From NCBI RefSeq assembly GCF_000143415.4, contig NW_003314263.1:3544451-3608450 (forward strand): DNA of 64,000 bases, read 5' to 3'. Both the position numbers and the translations under genes were made by a program. This DNA is from Selaginella moellendorffii. Lineage: Eukaryota > Plantae > Lycopodiophyta. The notes under the pieces were generated by a model. That model was not told the DNA's origin, did no database searches, and saw nothing but the letters and a program-made list of their open reading frames with translations. Of the stretch, positions 51,756 through 64,000 are shown piece by piece. Each line of letters opens with the position of its first letter. Positions within the stretch are counted from its first letter, which is position 1.

Positions 51756-54700
51756 TGTGAGGGCCAAGTGTACGGCTACAATGCCATATACTAATATTAG
51801 CATAATGGGAGTTTAGTAGCCATCAGATTGGTTTCAATCTAGACCACTCACTCATGTATATAAACTAGGGTTTTTGGGCTAATTAATATATACATTTTCT
51901 GTATTTCCTTTCCATATTCCAAGCCCTCATATTGGATGAGTTGAGGGGCACCTTTGATTGTCCATGAGAAGTGCTTGGATTTGGGATTTTGGTTTAGATC
52001 GAGCTCTTGCATCGTCTAGATCTAGCTTTTTTCTTTTGTTCTTTCTTTTCAGGATTTTGGTTTAAATATAGCTTTTTGCATTGTCTAAATCTCCATTTCC
52101 TTATAGCTTTTTGTCATTTCTCTTCTTTTGCTCTTTCCTTTTCGTTCATCTTCATGGCAGATTAGCAATCTCTTCCTTTGACTCTGGAGCAGTTGTTGGT
52201 ACAATTGCTTGATGCTATGCGCTTACAATTGAACAACCAAAATCAATTGATGGTGGCGTTCACGGCACGTGATACAACTCCTCTTGCTCTTGGTGCCAAT
52301 CCTTGCATTTGGCCAGAGTTCTTTTGCATGAATCCTGGGGATGATGTGTATTATTGATTTGATCACTTCATAGTGATTGCCACATATCATTCTTGGCTTT
52401 TGACCTCATCTTTGGTATAGATTGGTTGTAGTGTAATCATGCTAAGTGTGACTTTGAGGCTTCTCCCCCTTATCTCATTCTTCCTTATGTTTCATCCATT
52501 CCTCTCACTTTCATACCTCTTTATCCTTTTACTTCTACCTTTGTTTCCATTACTTTTGTTCCCCCATTATTTCTTTTTATGTTTCTGTCTTGTTCTATTC
52601 TTCCCTTTTCCGATCCGTCTGATGATCTTTGTGTTGCAGTGGTTGACCGACTCATGAAGGAGTATTCTAATCTCTTTGAATTTGGCCTATCGCTTGGGGC
52701 CAAGATTGCCACACATCATTCGATTTCAACCAGGGATGCTCGTTCAATCAAGGTTCTTATTTGTCGTCAATCACCCAAGGAGATCAAGATTTTACATGCA
52801 AACATCAAGGAAATATTGGAGAAGGGTGTTATTCGAAAGTTGTATTGCGATATACCAAAGGTGACTGCTGACTTCATTGATGATGTCTTAATCCACTCGA
52901 AGGGGATGTGGGAGGAGCATGTTTGTGATATTTGTAAAATGTTGGATTGGTTACAGGACGTTGGTTTAAAGTTGAAGCGGTCAAAGTATGTATTTGGGTC
53001 CAAAGACATAACTTATTTTGGGTACCATATTTCTCGTGAGGGTTTGCAAGTTAATCCTGATAAACTTATGGCTTTTCTAAAGTTCCTTACTCCAAAATGT
53101 GTCATTGATGTGCAATGCTTCTTGGGTAAGGTGCAATATCTCAGTCGTTTTGTGGATCACCTTTTTTATTGCACTGCACCATTACGAACATTGTTAAAGT
53201 CATCAACATCGTCTTTCATTTGGTCTCCAAATTGTGAGCAGGCATTCATGGATCTCAAAGAGCTATTAACGACTCTTTTGGTTTTGGCATATCCTAACTA
53301 CATTCGACTTTTTATTTTGCGCGTGGATACTTCTGATATTAATCTTGGAGGTGTGTTGATGCAAGAGAGTTCGAGTGTGCCTGATCAGCGTCATCCCATT
53401 GCGTATATAAGTTATATATTACAACCAATGGAGGTGAACTACTCCACGACAGAGAAAGAGTGTTTAGTAGCAGTTTGGGGTTTCGAGAAACTTCATATAT
53501 ATCTACATGGTTCTCGAACGTTACTTGAAGGTGACTATGCTGCCATTACTTCATTATTGAAGCGAAAGAACTTTGTTAGTTGTACTGCTCAGTGGGCTTT
53601 AAAACTTCAGATATATGATTTTGTAGCACATGTGATCATGGGATGAGATTTGGATATACTGTCACCTCGGGCGGCACCTCCGCTGCTGCGGTTCTTGCAA
53701 ATGATTTCTCAGTGTGCTCTCTCCATGTTACCTCGTGGATCCTTGGAACTTTAGGGGATAAATGGGGATAAAATAGTCACTAAGGTCTCTCTCATCAAGC
53801 AATTGCCCCTTTTCTAATTAGCTTAAGGGGAGAGAGATAAAGTGTGTTACATGTGGTATCGGAGCAAATGGCATGAGTTCATTCCTATTGATTAGTGGCT
53901 ACTTAAAAATATAATATACTTTTGAGCAAGATATATTCCTACCCCTAAATTTGAAATTGTACGTATTGGGCATTCATGCGTACATCTTTCCTCTTGGTGG
54001 AGCATCCACAAATGAAGGTATCCACCATGGGACTACAATATGAGTGGATGATTAGTTGCCTCACATGGAATAGTTAGTTTATATAATGGAAGGATTGGTA
54101 GATTTAGTGTAGAAATGGAGGTGTTGGTTCCCTTTAGCTCAGTAAAGGTTGTTAGTTAATAGTCAATGAGGACATTGATATCTTTGAAGGGGGGGTGAGT
54201 GTAACACATATGATTATGGGACGAAATTTGGATATACTGTCACTGTGGATCCTTGGAACTTTAAGGGATAAATGGGGATAAAATAGCCACTAAAGGCTCT
54301 CTTATCAAGCAATTGCACCTTTTCCAGTTGGCTTAAGGGGAGAGAAATAAAGTGCGCTACATTTTTTATGTTGTTCATCGCCCAGGGAGTTTTATGGCTG
54401 ATGTTGATGCCCTTTTTCAAGCTCCTCTTCCTTCTCCACTCTCTTCTCATATTTCTGATGAGCCTACTGTTTCAGCATCTGTGGATTTTCTAAACGAAGA
54501 TTCTGTGCCATTTGTGGTTGCTGTACTTGACATTCAATGTCCACAAGGTGCAGAACAAGATTTACCTTCTCTTGATGAGGTTCATGAGGCTCAAAAGATT
54601 GAGCTGTGAATTCAAAGGCTTCGAGATGGGTTTGAAAATCCTGTATCACTTGCTGATAACTTGCCTTTCCGGCATTTACATTCTTAATATCGCATTGAGG

Positions 54701-55590
54701 ATGGCCTTCTTTATTTTGTGGGGACAGATCTTGATGATCATTTACCGCTAGTGGTGCCTTTTGTCTTTATTCTGCGGTTTCTCTATGCCTACCATGATTC
54801 TCCTATTTTAGGTGGGTATATGGGACATCGTCGTGTGACCGAGAAGTTGCACAGGTCTTTCTTTTGAGATATGACGTAATATTATCCGGTATGTGCGTAG
54901 TTGCATTTGGTGCCAAGCTCATAATACTCCCCCTCATGCTGCGGAAAGACGGTTGGAGTCAATTGTAGTTTTTCGTCCGTTTGAGTTGGTGGCGTTTGAT
55001 CTTATGGGACATTTTTCATGGTCGATTGTTGGCAATGAGTATGTTATTATTGCTTTTGACTACTTGACTCGTTGGGTAAAAGTTGGTGCTCTTGCTAGTG
55101 CCTTTGCAACTGTTGTTGAATACTTCCTCCTCAATCGAGTGGTGTTCCAGCATTTTTGTCAAGAGCGGATTCTTTTGGATAATAATCCTGCATTTATGGC
55201 TAAGGCATTTCATGTTTTGACGTCTTAGTTGGGGATACACCACACTTTTATGAGTGCTTATCATCCAAAATCAGATGGTCTAGTGGAATGGCTTGTTCGA
55301 ATGTTCAAAAGGATAATCATGAAGTATGTGAACTTTCAACATTCGGATTCGGATTAAGATGGTTATTTACCGTCTTTTCAGTATGCATATGTCACAGGGG
55401 TGCACAATTCTATTAGTGCTTCACCATATATACTCCTATATAGTCATGATCCAATATTATCAATAAAGCTGGGTTTACCTTCGCAATTGCCACGAGCTGT
55501 TGATGCTAAGTCGTGGGATCAGTATTTGACGAGCATTCTTCCATTTGTCTGAGCAAAGTTTACCAAACACTTAGGCCGTGTATAAGTGGG
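51756..55590 (+). mobile_element. Decayed Ty3/Gypsy of the same family: 5' LTR (51756-51931), gag remnant, deleted RT, RNase H, integrase; continues at 62875-62981
   Basis: LTR matches 49262-49437 inverted. Motifs FIDDVLIHS, FLGKVQYLSRFV, NYSTTEKECL and VAFDLMGHF. Interrupted by a TRIM and by a 7.3-kb LTR element. Confidence 0.9.
53622..54361 (+). mobile_element. TRIM (terminal-repeat retrotransposon in miniature), 740 bp
   Basis: LTRs 53622-53851 and 54200-54361 (TG...CA; the second lacks about 68 bp), iMet PBS TGGTATCGGAGC at 53854 and PPT GAAGGGGGGGTGAG. Non-coding interior. It splits the host codons IYDF/DVVHRPG and the TSD is degenerate. Confidence 0.9.
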
Positions 55591-58500
55591 TGTAGCGCAC
55601 GTGGTTTTGACCCTTTATCCTATGGTGATTTACCATAGGATAACACCACGAAGCGGAACCTAAACCCTCTTTGTGCCACGTGACAGATGCCACGTGTCAC
55701 ATACCACGTGTCCGTGCCACGTGTCCATAGGAACCCGAGGTTCAGGGCCTTGGGCCACTGAACGAAGGAACGGTGCCAAACTCCCAAGCGTGACGCCAAG
55801 GAGTGATGAAACCGGACCACGGAGCAACTCCCGAGCATATAGCCCAAGGAGCAAAGGGACAGGAGCCCGGAGCGACTTGGAACAGTCCTGGAGCAACCAG
55901 CATACCAATGCCAGGACCAGCACGCAAAACGGAGCCAAACGGAGTTTGGCGCTATTTCGGCATACCGGTGGCCTAACGTGAGGATATGGGTACTCCACCA
56001 ACTAGCATGGAATGGAACTTGGGCTTAGACCCAAGCCGGACGCAGAACAAGGACAGGCACGCAAGCGGGAGCTAGACTATGCCTCAGGTTGGTCGGCCAT
56101 GCCCGACCTACCCACTATCCCTACTATACATTTGGAACCCCCCATAGCCCCCCCCCCTTGAGGAACACACGCTTTGGGCTTTCACCCCAAGCCTCCCTTA
56201 GTATCAGGAGTTAGTCTCTGGGACAAGCTTGAAACTTACTAAATATGGAATGTCCCTAGATTGTGAATTTGGACACGGGACGAACACCATTGTGTTCAGG
56301 CCGATCTCTACATTCCGTAGATATGCCAAATGAGCAAATCTGGACACTTTCCATAAATAGCATTTGGGACCAAAATGAGACTAACACAAAGGGCATGATA
56401 GCGAGGGTGTTTGGCAGACACGGTAAGCTATCATGTAGCGATATTGAGGGACCAATCTCAATATCGCGGGGGTTCCTAACACTAGCAAGTGCAAGCCAAC
56501 ATCATGAGTTTCTCATCACCGTGTCAAGTCTGCTTGACTAAATGACAACTTAGGATTTCCTTCCTTAGTGCCCTTCCGGTCTAAGTGCACATGTGATGAC
56601 CAGTTTCTCAACTAGCTTAGGTGGAAACTGATAACGGGTCCAGCAATACCGACCTCCTGCCATCGTGGCAGTAAGGTAAGAGTGTCCGTAAGGACTAGCC
56701 GATAGGTAACTTTCGATACCCGAAGTCACATGCGCGACACTCTCCCCCCCTTGGGAAGATCGACGTCCTCGTCGATGCATACTCGAGTCTAGAATACCGC
56801 CAAGGAAACAACTCCAGAAAAAGTTCACGGTACTCACACTATGTGAGAAATGCACCAACTTAAATGAGTTAAGGGGCAACCTCTTTGTCTAACGCGGATG
56901 CGCTACCAGCTCAGACACCTTCCGGCCGTCGCCGACAAGGAAATGACCAACGTAGTCAGCCACCCTTGCTGCTCTGGGAGTCACCCAGCTTACAAAAGTG
57001 TGATATGCCCTGCCCGCAGGAACATAGAGAGAGAAGCCAGAGGCCCCTACCCTCCTAAGCAAAGAAACCAAACCCGTCGGTAAGGTTTAGATAGACTACT
57101 GTAAACAGGCAGTTAGAGTTGTTTACACGGTCACGCCCTTTCAACGGAATAAGGAACATCGACAAAGAGGCAGGTTATGTGACCAGTCGACAGTAGCTAC
57201 CCCATGACTAGAGATTTCACCATGCACATGAAGTGCCGAAGCCAATCTGCCTATACTGGCCCAAACTCAAAGATCAATATATAGGGACTATATCAAAGTC
57301 ATAGACAATGATAGTTTAGAGATTTAATTATCAAGGAATAAAGCTTAGATTAGAACACAAAAGTATTCCAAGTAAGTTATCATCCGATAAACTAGTATTA
57401 CAGTATAGGAACCACCAAGATCACTATCATTGGAAAACATAGGATGCACCATCCAACAAAATTCAATAGCAAGTATATCATCAAGTAAACGCAATGATAA
57501 AACTTAACTACCGAAGATAGCAGACAGTAAGCCAACAACTTACGAGAGAGAACTCAAAGAACACAAAGTATCATTGACTAACAAGCACAATGCTCGCGAA
57601 TGTATCACCCAAAGGAAATAACATCCAAATCTATCAAAACTAACTCGAGCAATAATCAACAGAAGAGAATGAATGTGGGAAGACCAACAAACACTCATGC
57701 CTGCTAACTATCACAAAAGCCAATCTGAATAGATCCCAGCCAACAATACCAAGGAACTCAAGTTGCCTAAGCAAGTGTTAGCAACATCCTACTGATGTCT
57801 CAAACCCAAGAGACCAATCCAGAGCAAACCACAAAGAACATGTGGTATTGCAAAAAGCCAAAAGCCATCAAAGAGAACAACCAACTATCATGAAAGATCG
57901 TCAATTAGCCCATCAATGTAGTGATGTATAATCATCGTTGAAGAAAGAATCTACCATCCCGAAGAATAGCAAATAATTCCAAACCAGCAATAATCAAACA
58001 AAACTTGTGATAAGGACAATCAACTACCCTAGATGATAGTCAATCATCACCAATGATTGCCAGATGCAAAGCCAACTTCAACATCGAAGCTAATGAGCCA
58101 AAATGCCTTTCCCAACAACTTCTAACAAATGGAACAATGAGCATAAAACTCAAAGAACCAAAGATCGAAGAAGCCTATAGCCAAGTCTTGCTTAATAATG
58201 ATCACGAGTCTCGCATGAACTAACATCAATGCTAAAGAGAAATCATGGTATAACCTACGACATCCGCTTTAACACATCCATAAGCTATACTTCATAATGC
58301 AAAGCTAATGAAGAGCAGATTTGCATCACTCAAAAGCCAAGCACAATGGAGCTATGTTCAACAAGTGATCACCAAACCAATCCTCCATGAATCCATCTAT
58401 AGCAAGACGTAACTCACTTCATAACAAGCTCAAAAAGAATCATTAATGATTGCTATATTCCGAACTCAAATCCAGCAAGGACTCAACATTCTAATATCGA

Positions 58501-61500
58501 TCACTAACTCTTCTTCTCGTAGAGTTAGCATAGTCCACGACTAAATCACTTTTCAAGGAAAAGCTAAAGCTCAACCCTCTACTAAATAATCTCGTCTAGA
58601 ACACAACTAACTCAACTTGCCACTCAGTTCGTTTGAACGTCAACACAGTTGCTAACTAGCAAATGCACGAATGCCAACAACAAAAAGCTATAGCCAAATC
58701 ATCAACACTATATTCATCAAGACTAATGAAACTCAATATCAATCCTTGGAAGGATATTTCATTTCACTCAGATCTCAATATCAACAATGTCAATGACAAA
58801 GCATCACTTCAATGCCATCAACACCAAAACAAAGCTAGAAGAAAGCATGAGTGAATCACCACTCGGAGCTTTCCAGCAACCAAGCTAACCAAGGTCGAAG
58901 ATACTTTAATTAGTAACCGAGACCAATCCTTTAGCAAAACTCAGTTACAGATAACACTTCCTCAAGGAGTGAGTCACCACACCCAAGACTCAATGAAATC
59001 CAACACCACGAACTAAATGCAACCAAATGATATCGACAGAGATAGAGTCGACATGTCAACATGGAAAAACCATGTAAGTCTAACGACACGATCCTCCGCA
59101 ACACCATCCGGTAAAGCAAACCTATCATTGCTAAATCATCATCGAGTGAAGCAAGTGTCAACAGTCTTTTGACAAAGTCTACAAGCAATCATTAGTCGCA
59201 AAGCAACTAACAATCACTCTTTCAACTTGTCTTTACAAGACCCAAACACTAAACTCACATCATCGAGTCATACACTTGTCCAACATGAACGTGATACCTT
59301 CGGTATGAGATAAAAGTTCATTGACAAGCACAAACTAAATGACCACTCGAATCCAACTCAACCGTAATGAGCTCACTAAAACATTTAGCCACTAGCTCTG
59401 AGCATGCCTTGAAGAGGCTAGCTATGCATGATCAACACTCAGTCGAAACTAAAGTGAAGACCATGAGATGAACTCACATCGGCACACAACCTCCTCATAG
59501 ACAAAGCTATAGTACGGGTACCAACATCTCAACCTCAAACAACTAAGTTGGACATCACTATCCTCAGCCAAGGTGCAGGGCTACCAAGACTAAGTCAAGA
59601 TCAGTGAGAGCTCACTACTCTCATAGAGTCTTAGCGAAATGCAAGGTGCAACCTACCACCGAGCATAATGCTACAAAAGAAAGGCATAAGAGTCACCTTT
59701 CTTAGAAAAGTGCAGCGGCCACTTTTCTACACCAACTCCAGACTCTATCCAACTCAATTGCCTTAGCCCCAAAAGTCAGCATCCCTTTTAGGTTGCATCA
59801 TACAAACTACCTACCAAGGTCTAAGCTAACCGAAGTCAACTCCAACCCCTTCACTAGTTTGTACTGGCCTACGAAAACGGAATGGTTTTCGGACAAAATG
59901 ATCAATAGATCAGCCATTGGAAAAGTCTAAGAAAATTTGTGGAAAATTTCCCATCCTAGATAAAGTATGACTCTCAATCCAGGATTGCAAACTTTCAAGA
60001 CTTCACCAACTTCCTCCTACCAACAACTTCACATAGGCTCACCTCAACACAAATTCTCATGATCGAACAACATGCTTAAGCATCGAACATCTTTGCCCAT
60101 ATAACCGACATCCAACACCGACATCCGCAAAGTGCAAAATGAACATCCAAGGCTTGATCACGAAGACCACATCTTCGGATATCCATATTGCACTAACACT
60201 CTTCTTCAATCACCTTCAAGATCAAATGTGAAGCCAAAACACTAACAAGAAAAATGACATGGAAAAATCAAGGTCCAAGGAAAATTCCTCATCACTTGAA
60301 ATAACAATGCCACTTCCACTAACACAAGTGCTAGTGACGTCAATGCCCCAATTCCACATCTTCTCCATCCAACAATCTACTCCAAGTGCTAACGGATCAA
60401 CCAACAAGCTATAGCAAATGAATGCTACAACCCTTTTTCCAAACACTAATGGGCAAACCCTCAAGGAAACAAGGTACCAACATAAGCTTAGCATAATGGA
60501 CCACCATTGAGAATCCAGTCAAGGCTACTACAATGCTACTTCGTGCAAGTAGACTAGCTTCTCCATCAACCACTTTGGGGTTGATCATCATTTACCCAAG
60601 CAACTTCGTAAACACATTGCTCATTATCACATGGATATGATATAAATCACAATGACTTGATCATCAATTGAGTAACGCAATGAGCAAAGCTTATGTCATT
60701 ACTTCAAACGTTCATGTGAATATCAAATGCCAACTCGATTCGACAAAATGCAACATAAATGCCACACTCCACCAATAGAGGTTTACGACACCCAACACCA
60801 CTAACTTTTGTTCACAACACGGACAAGCTCATGCCACTCTCTTTCCGACCAAACTCAACACTAATCCAACACCAAGCTACTCAAGGAGCAATAGCAAGGT
60901 TCCCCGGAAAAGAATTGAGCATTGCAACCCAAGTCTTCCAATAGCGAGCCTAGACAAAATGGTTTAGTGTTTCACCACTATCCATCCCATAACTCACCAC
61001 TTGTAAGACCACCATCTCCAACATGCATCAAGGTAGGGACTCTTGATTGCATAATGTGAACACAAGCAATGAGTTAACACCTCGTTGCAAATCATCTCTC
61101 CAAGAAGAGAAAATGATTTACGTATTTGATCCTCCGTCCTCGATGACTCTCTTTTCGGTCTCATCTTTGACCAAACCTCAAACTTGCTTTCGCACTGCCT
61201 TCAGTTCAATCAAAGAAAAGTTTATAAGAGAGCACGGCCATGACTATTTGAACCAATAGACTAATCCCTTATAGTCTTGATTGATCCACTTATAATCATG
61301 CCTAGGAAGGATCCACTAGTGCCGTGCTAAACAGCTACGGACCAGCCTATTTGCCACTCATAGCAAACTCAGGGAAAGTTTACTTTCACCCACGGTACAT
61401 GGAACAACTCATGGAACCACCGATAGGCTAACATTAATCCTGCCAACTCAAAGTGTAACCTCGAGTTGCTAATGTGCCTCACTCACGAGCTCAAGCTTAA

Positions 61501-62874
61501 ACTCGTGCTACTGGAACAACTCAATCCTTCCTATGAGCCCAAGAGCAAGCTCATATAATACGGTACAAAACGGTAACCAAAACCATACCCAAGGAACGAT
61601 TGCGAAGTCATTGCACCCAAACGTGTACCCACTCGGATCATCGTTTTCATCTCTGCGTATGCAACAAGACTAGTTGCCCAATCTCATTGAATAGTACTCG
61701 CTGAGACTCATTCTCTGATACCAAATGTAGCGCACGTGGTTTTGACCCTTTATCCTATGGTGATTTACCATAGGATAACACCACGAAGCGGAACCTAAAC
61801 CCTCTTTGTGCCACGTGACAGATGCCACGTGTCACATACCACGTGTCCGTGCCACGTGTCCATAGGAACCCGAGGTTCAGGGCCTTGGGCCACTGAACGA
61901 AGGAACGGTGCCAAACTCCCAAGCGTGACGCCAAGGAGTGATGAAACCGGACCACGGAGCAACTCCCGAGCATATAGCCCAAGGAGCAAAGGGACAGGAG
62001 CCCGGAGCGACTTGGAACAGTCCTGGAGCAACCAGCATACCAATGCCAGGACCAGCACGCAAAACGGAGCCAAACGGAGTTTGGCGCTATTTCGGCATAC
62101 CGGTGGCCTAACGTGAGGATATGGGTACTCCACCAACTAGCATGGAATGGAACTTGGGCTTAGACCCAAGCCGGACGCAGAACAAGGACAGGCACGCAAG
62201 CGGGAGCTAGACTATGCCTCAGGTTGGTCGGCCATGCCCGACCTACCCACTATCCCTACTATACATTTGGAACCCCCCATAGCCCCCCCCCCTTGAGGAA
62301 CACACGCTTTGGGCTTTCACCCCAAGCCTCCCTTAGTATCAGGAGTTAGTCTCTGGGACAAGCTTGAAACTTACTAAATATGGAATGTCCCTAGATTGTG
62401 AATTTGGACACGGGACGAACACCATTGTGTTCAGGCCGATCTCTACATTCCGTAGATATGCCAAATGAGCAAATCTGGACACTTTCCATAAATAGCATTT
62501 GGGACCAAAATGAGACTAACACAAAGGGCATGATAGCGAGGGTGTTTGGCAGACACGGTAAGCTATCATGTAGCGATATTGAGGGACCAATCTCAATATC
62601 GCGGGGGTTCCTAACACTAGCAAGTGCAAGCCAACATCATGAGTTTCTCATCACCGTGTCAAGTCTGCTTGACTAAATGACAACTTAGGATTTCCTTCCT
62701 TAGTGCCCTTCCGGTCTAAGTGCACATGTGATGACCAGTTTCTCAACTAGCTTAGGTGGAAACTGATAACGGGTCCAGCAATACCGACCTCCTGCCATCG
62801 TGGCAGTAAGGTAAGAGTGTCCGTAAGGACTAGCCGATAGGTAACTTTCGATACCCGAAGTCACATGCGCGACA
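55591..62874 (-). mobile_element. Non-autonomous LTR retrotransposon, 7284 bp, recent insertion
   Basis: 1149-bp LTRs 55591-56739 and 61726-62874 (no difference found by eye), TGT(A/C)GCGCA inverted termini and 5-bp TSD GTGGG. On the minus strand, iMet PBS TGGTATCAGAG (61713-61723) and PPT AAGGGGGGGAGAG (56740-56752). No interior ORF longer than 90 aa apart from one overlapping the LTR. Confidence 0.97.
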
Positions 62875-62981
62875 GTGGGACAACAATAGCACTACAACTC
62901 CCATCATTATCCACCTGTAAAGTACAAAATGGATGACTTAGTATTAGTTCGTTTTCCCATGTGGTTTATCTAAGGGGCTCT

Positions 62982-64000
62982 TGAGCTCCAAACAACACTA
63001 GAAACAATTAGCCATCTTTTAGATGTGTGTAAGATTCTTTTATTGCTCTCATTTTGCTAAATGCTTGCTTTCAGGAGCTTGAAGAAGCAAAGCGTTTGCA
63101 CGAAAAAGAGGTAAGGTTGCTAAGTGCGAACGACAACTTCATGCTGGTCTTTGTTTGATTTTCACCAGCCAGATTGAAAAGGAACGGATTGAAAGAAAGA
63201 GCGAGATAGGCTCTTTTGCAAAAGCACTAGGCTGAACTTCAGGCCCGGGTTGAACGTCAAGAGGAAGAGCAAATGAAGCAAGAGGCTTCACACAAAGACC
63301 TGATGGATGTGAGAGCTTAATCACATGTTTTGGTCAATATTATGTTCGGTTTGATTATTTTCTCAGCAACTTCGAGCTTATTACAAAGATGAGATCAGTC
63401 GGCTGAAGGTAAGCTAGTCAGTTGATTCGATTTGTAAACTTTTATACTTTTGCAGGTAGAGAACAAAGAGAAGGTGTCTACACTTCAACAAAAATATGAT
63501 GCATTGCAATACGACTTGACTACCAACGTAAGATTTTAATGATCTGGTCCAGTTTCACCTATCAATGGTTCTTTTCTTTTCTTTTTTTTCAGAAACTAGC
63601 CATTCAGAACAGGCTGACTGTTGTTTACAAGGAAAGGGAAGCTCTAGCAAAAGAGACGGCCATGCTGAAAGGAAGCCTCAGAGAGGCCAATTCCTTGATT
63701 GAGAACGCTCATGCGGAGCATCTCCAGGTGGTTTGCTTATTCTCTTGCTTTGGTTTCCTACTTTATCGTTCTTACGCTCTTGTATGATCTTGCCACGTAA
63801 AGGATTGCAGACGAGGTCTAGTTTGGAAGACGACATCCAAGTCCTGAAGGAAGACAACAGGCATTTGGTGCTACTCGTTTTGACTTCCTAATTATTTACA
63901 TTTACAATTGCTTCATGTTGATCACCATATCAGGAGGAGCAATTGAAAGGTGCCCTCGCAGATATGTACAAGTTGTCCGAGCATGCAGAGTAAACTCCTG
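62982..64000 (+). pseudogene. FAM184-like pseudogene (unit 3), continuation running off the window
   Basis: Resumes at TGAGCTCCAAACAACACTAGAAAC, matching unit 1 from about 21646 onward. Confidence 0.9.

Noticed and set aside
53622-53851. Cassandra-type TRIM with 5S rRNA in the LTR
   Set aside because: No 5S A/C-box similarity is visible.
55620-56879. Short ORFs duplicated in both LTRs
   Set aside because: No recognisable domains; the duplication simply reflects LTR identity.

Overview
Eukaryotic plant nuclear DNA. Very short (about 45-90 nt) GT-AG introns, tight gene packing and the gene families present suggest a lycophyte, most likely Selaginella; this is an inference. 1-16.9 kb: the end of a Ty3/Gypsy integrase, a TA/CA microsatellite, a tRNA-Ala 5' half, a CHCHD2-like pseudogene, an intact BCS1-clade AAA-ATPase, a COPI-associated (TVP15-like) gene, a Crinkler/RHS-like remnant and decayed retroelement DNA. 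17-64 kb: a tandem array of about three 11.6-13 kb units, each [FUSC/ALMT-like transporter - TVP15-like - FAM184-like - ankyrin/PGG-type transmembrane gene]. Unit 1 looks intact. In the later units everything is broken except the long ankyrin-TM ORF, whose two copies differ heavily in the N-terminal repeats and hardly at all in the C-terminal third. The units carry foreign gene fragments (ELP3 and three unidentified ones), a 290-bp inversion and a hAT transposon with an 8-bp TSD. Unit 3 is split by a 14-kb nest containing two inverted Gypsy remnants, a TRIM and a 7.3-kb LTR element. That element has apparently identical LTRs and a perfect TSD but a fully decayed, strongly strand-skewed interior. 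All family assignments come from motif recognition by eye, with no database searches.
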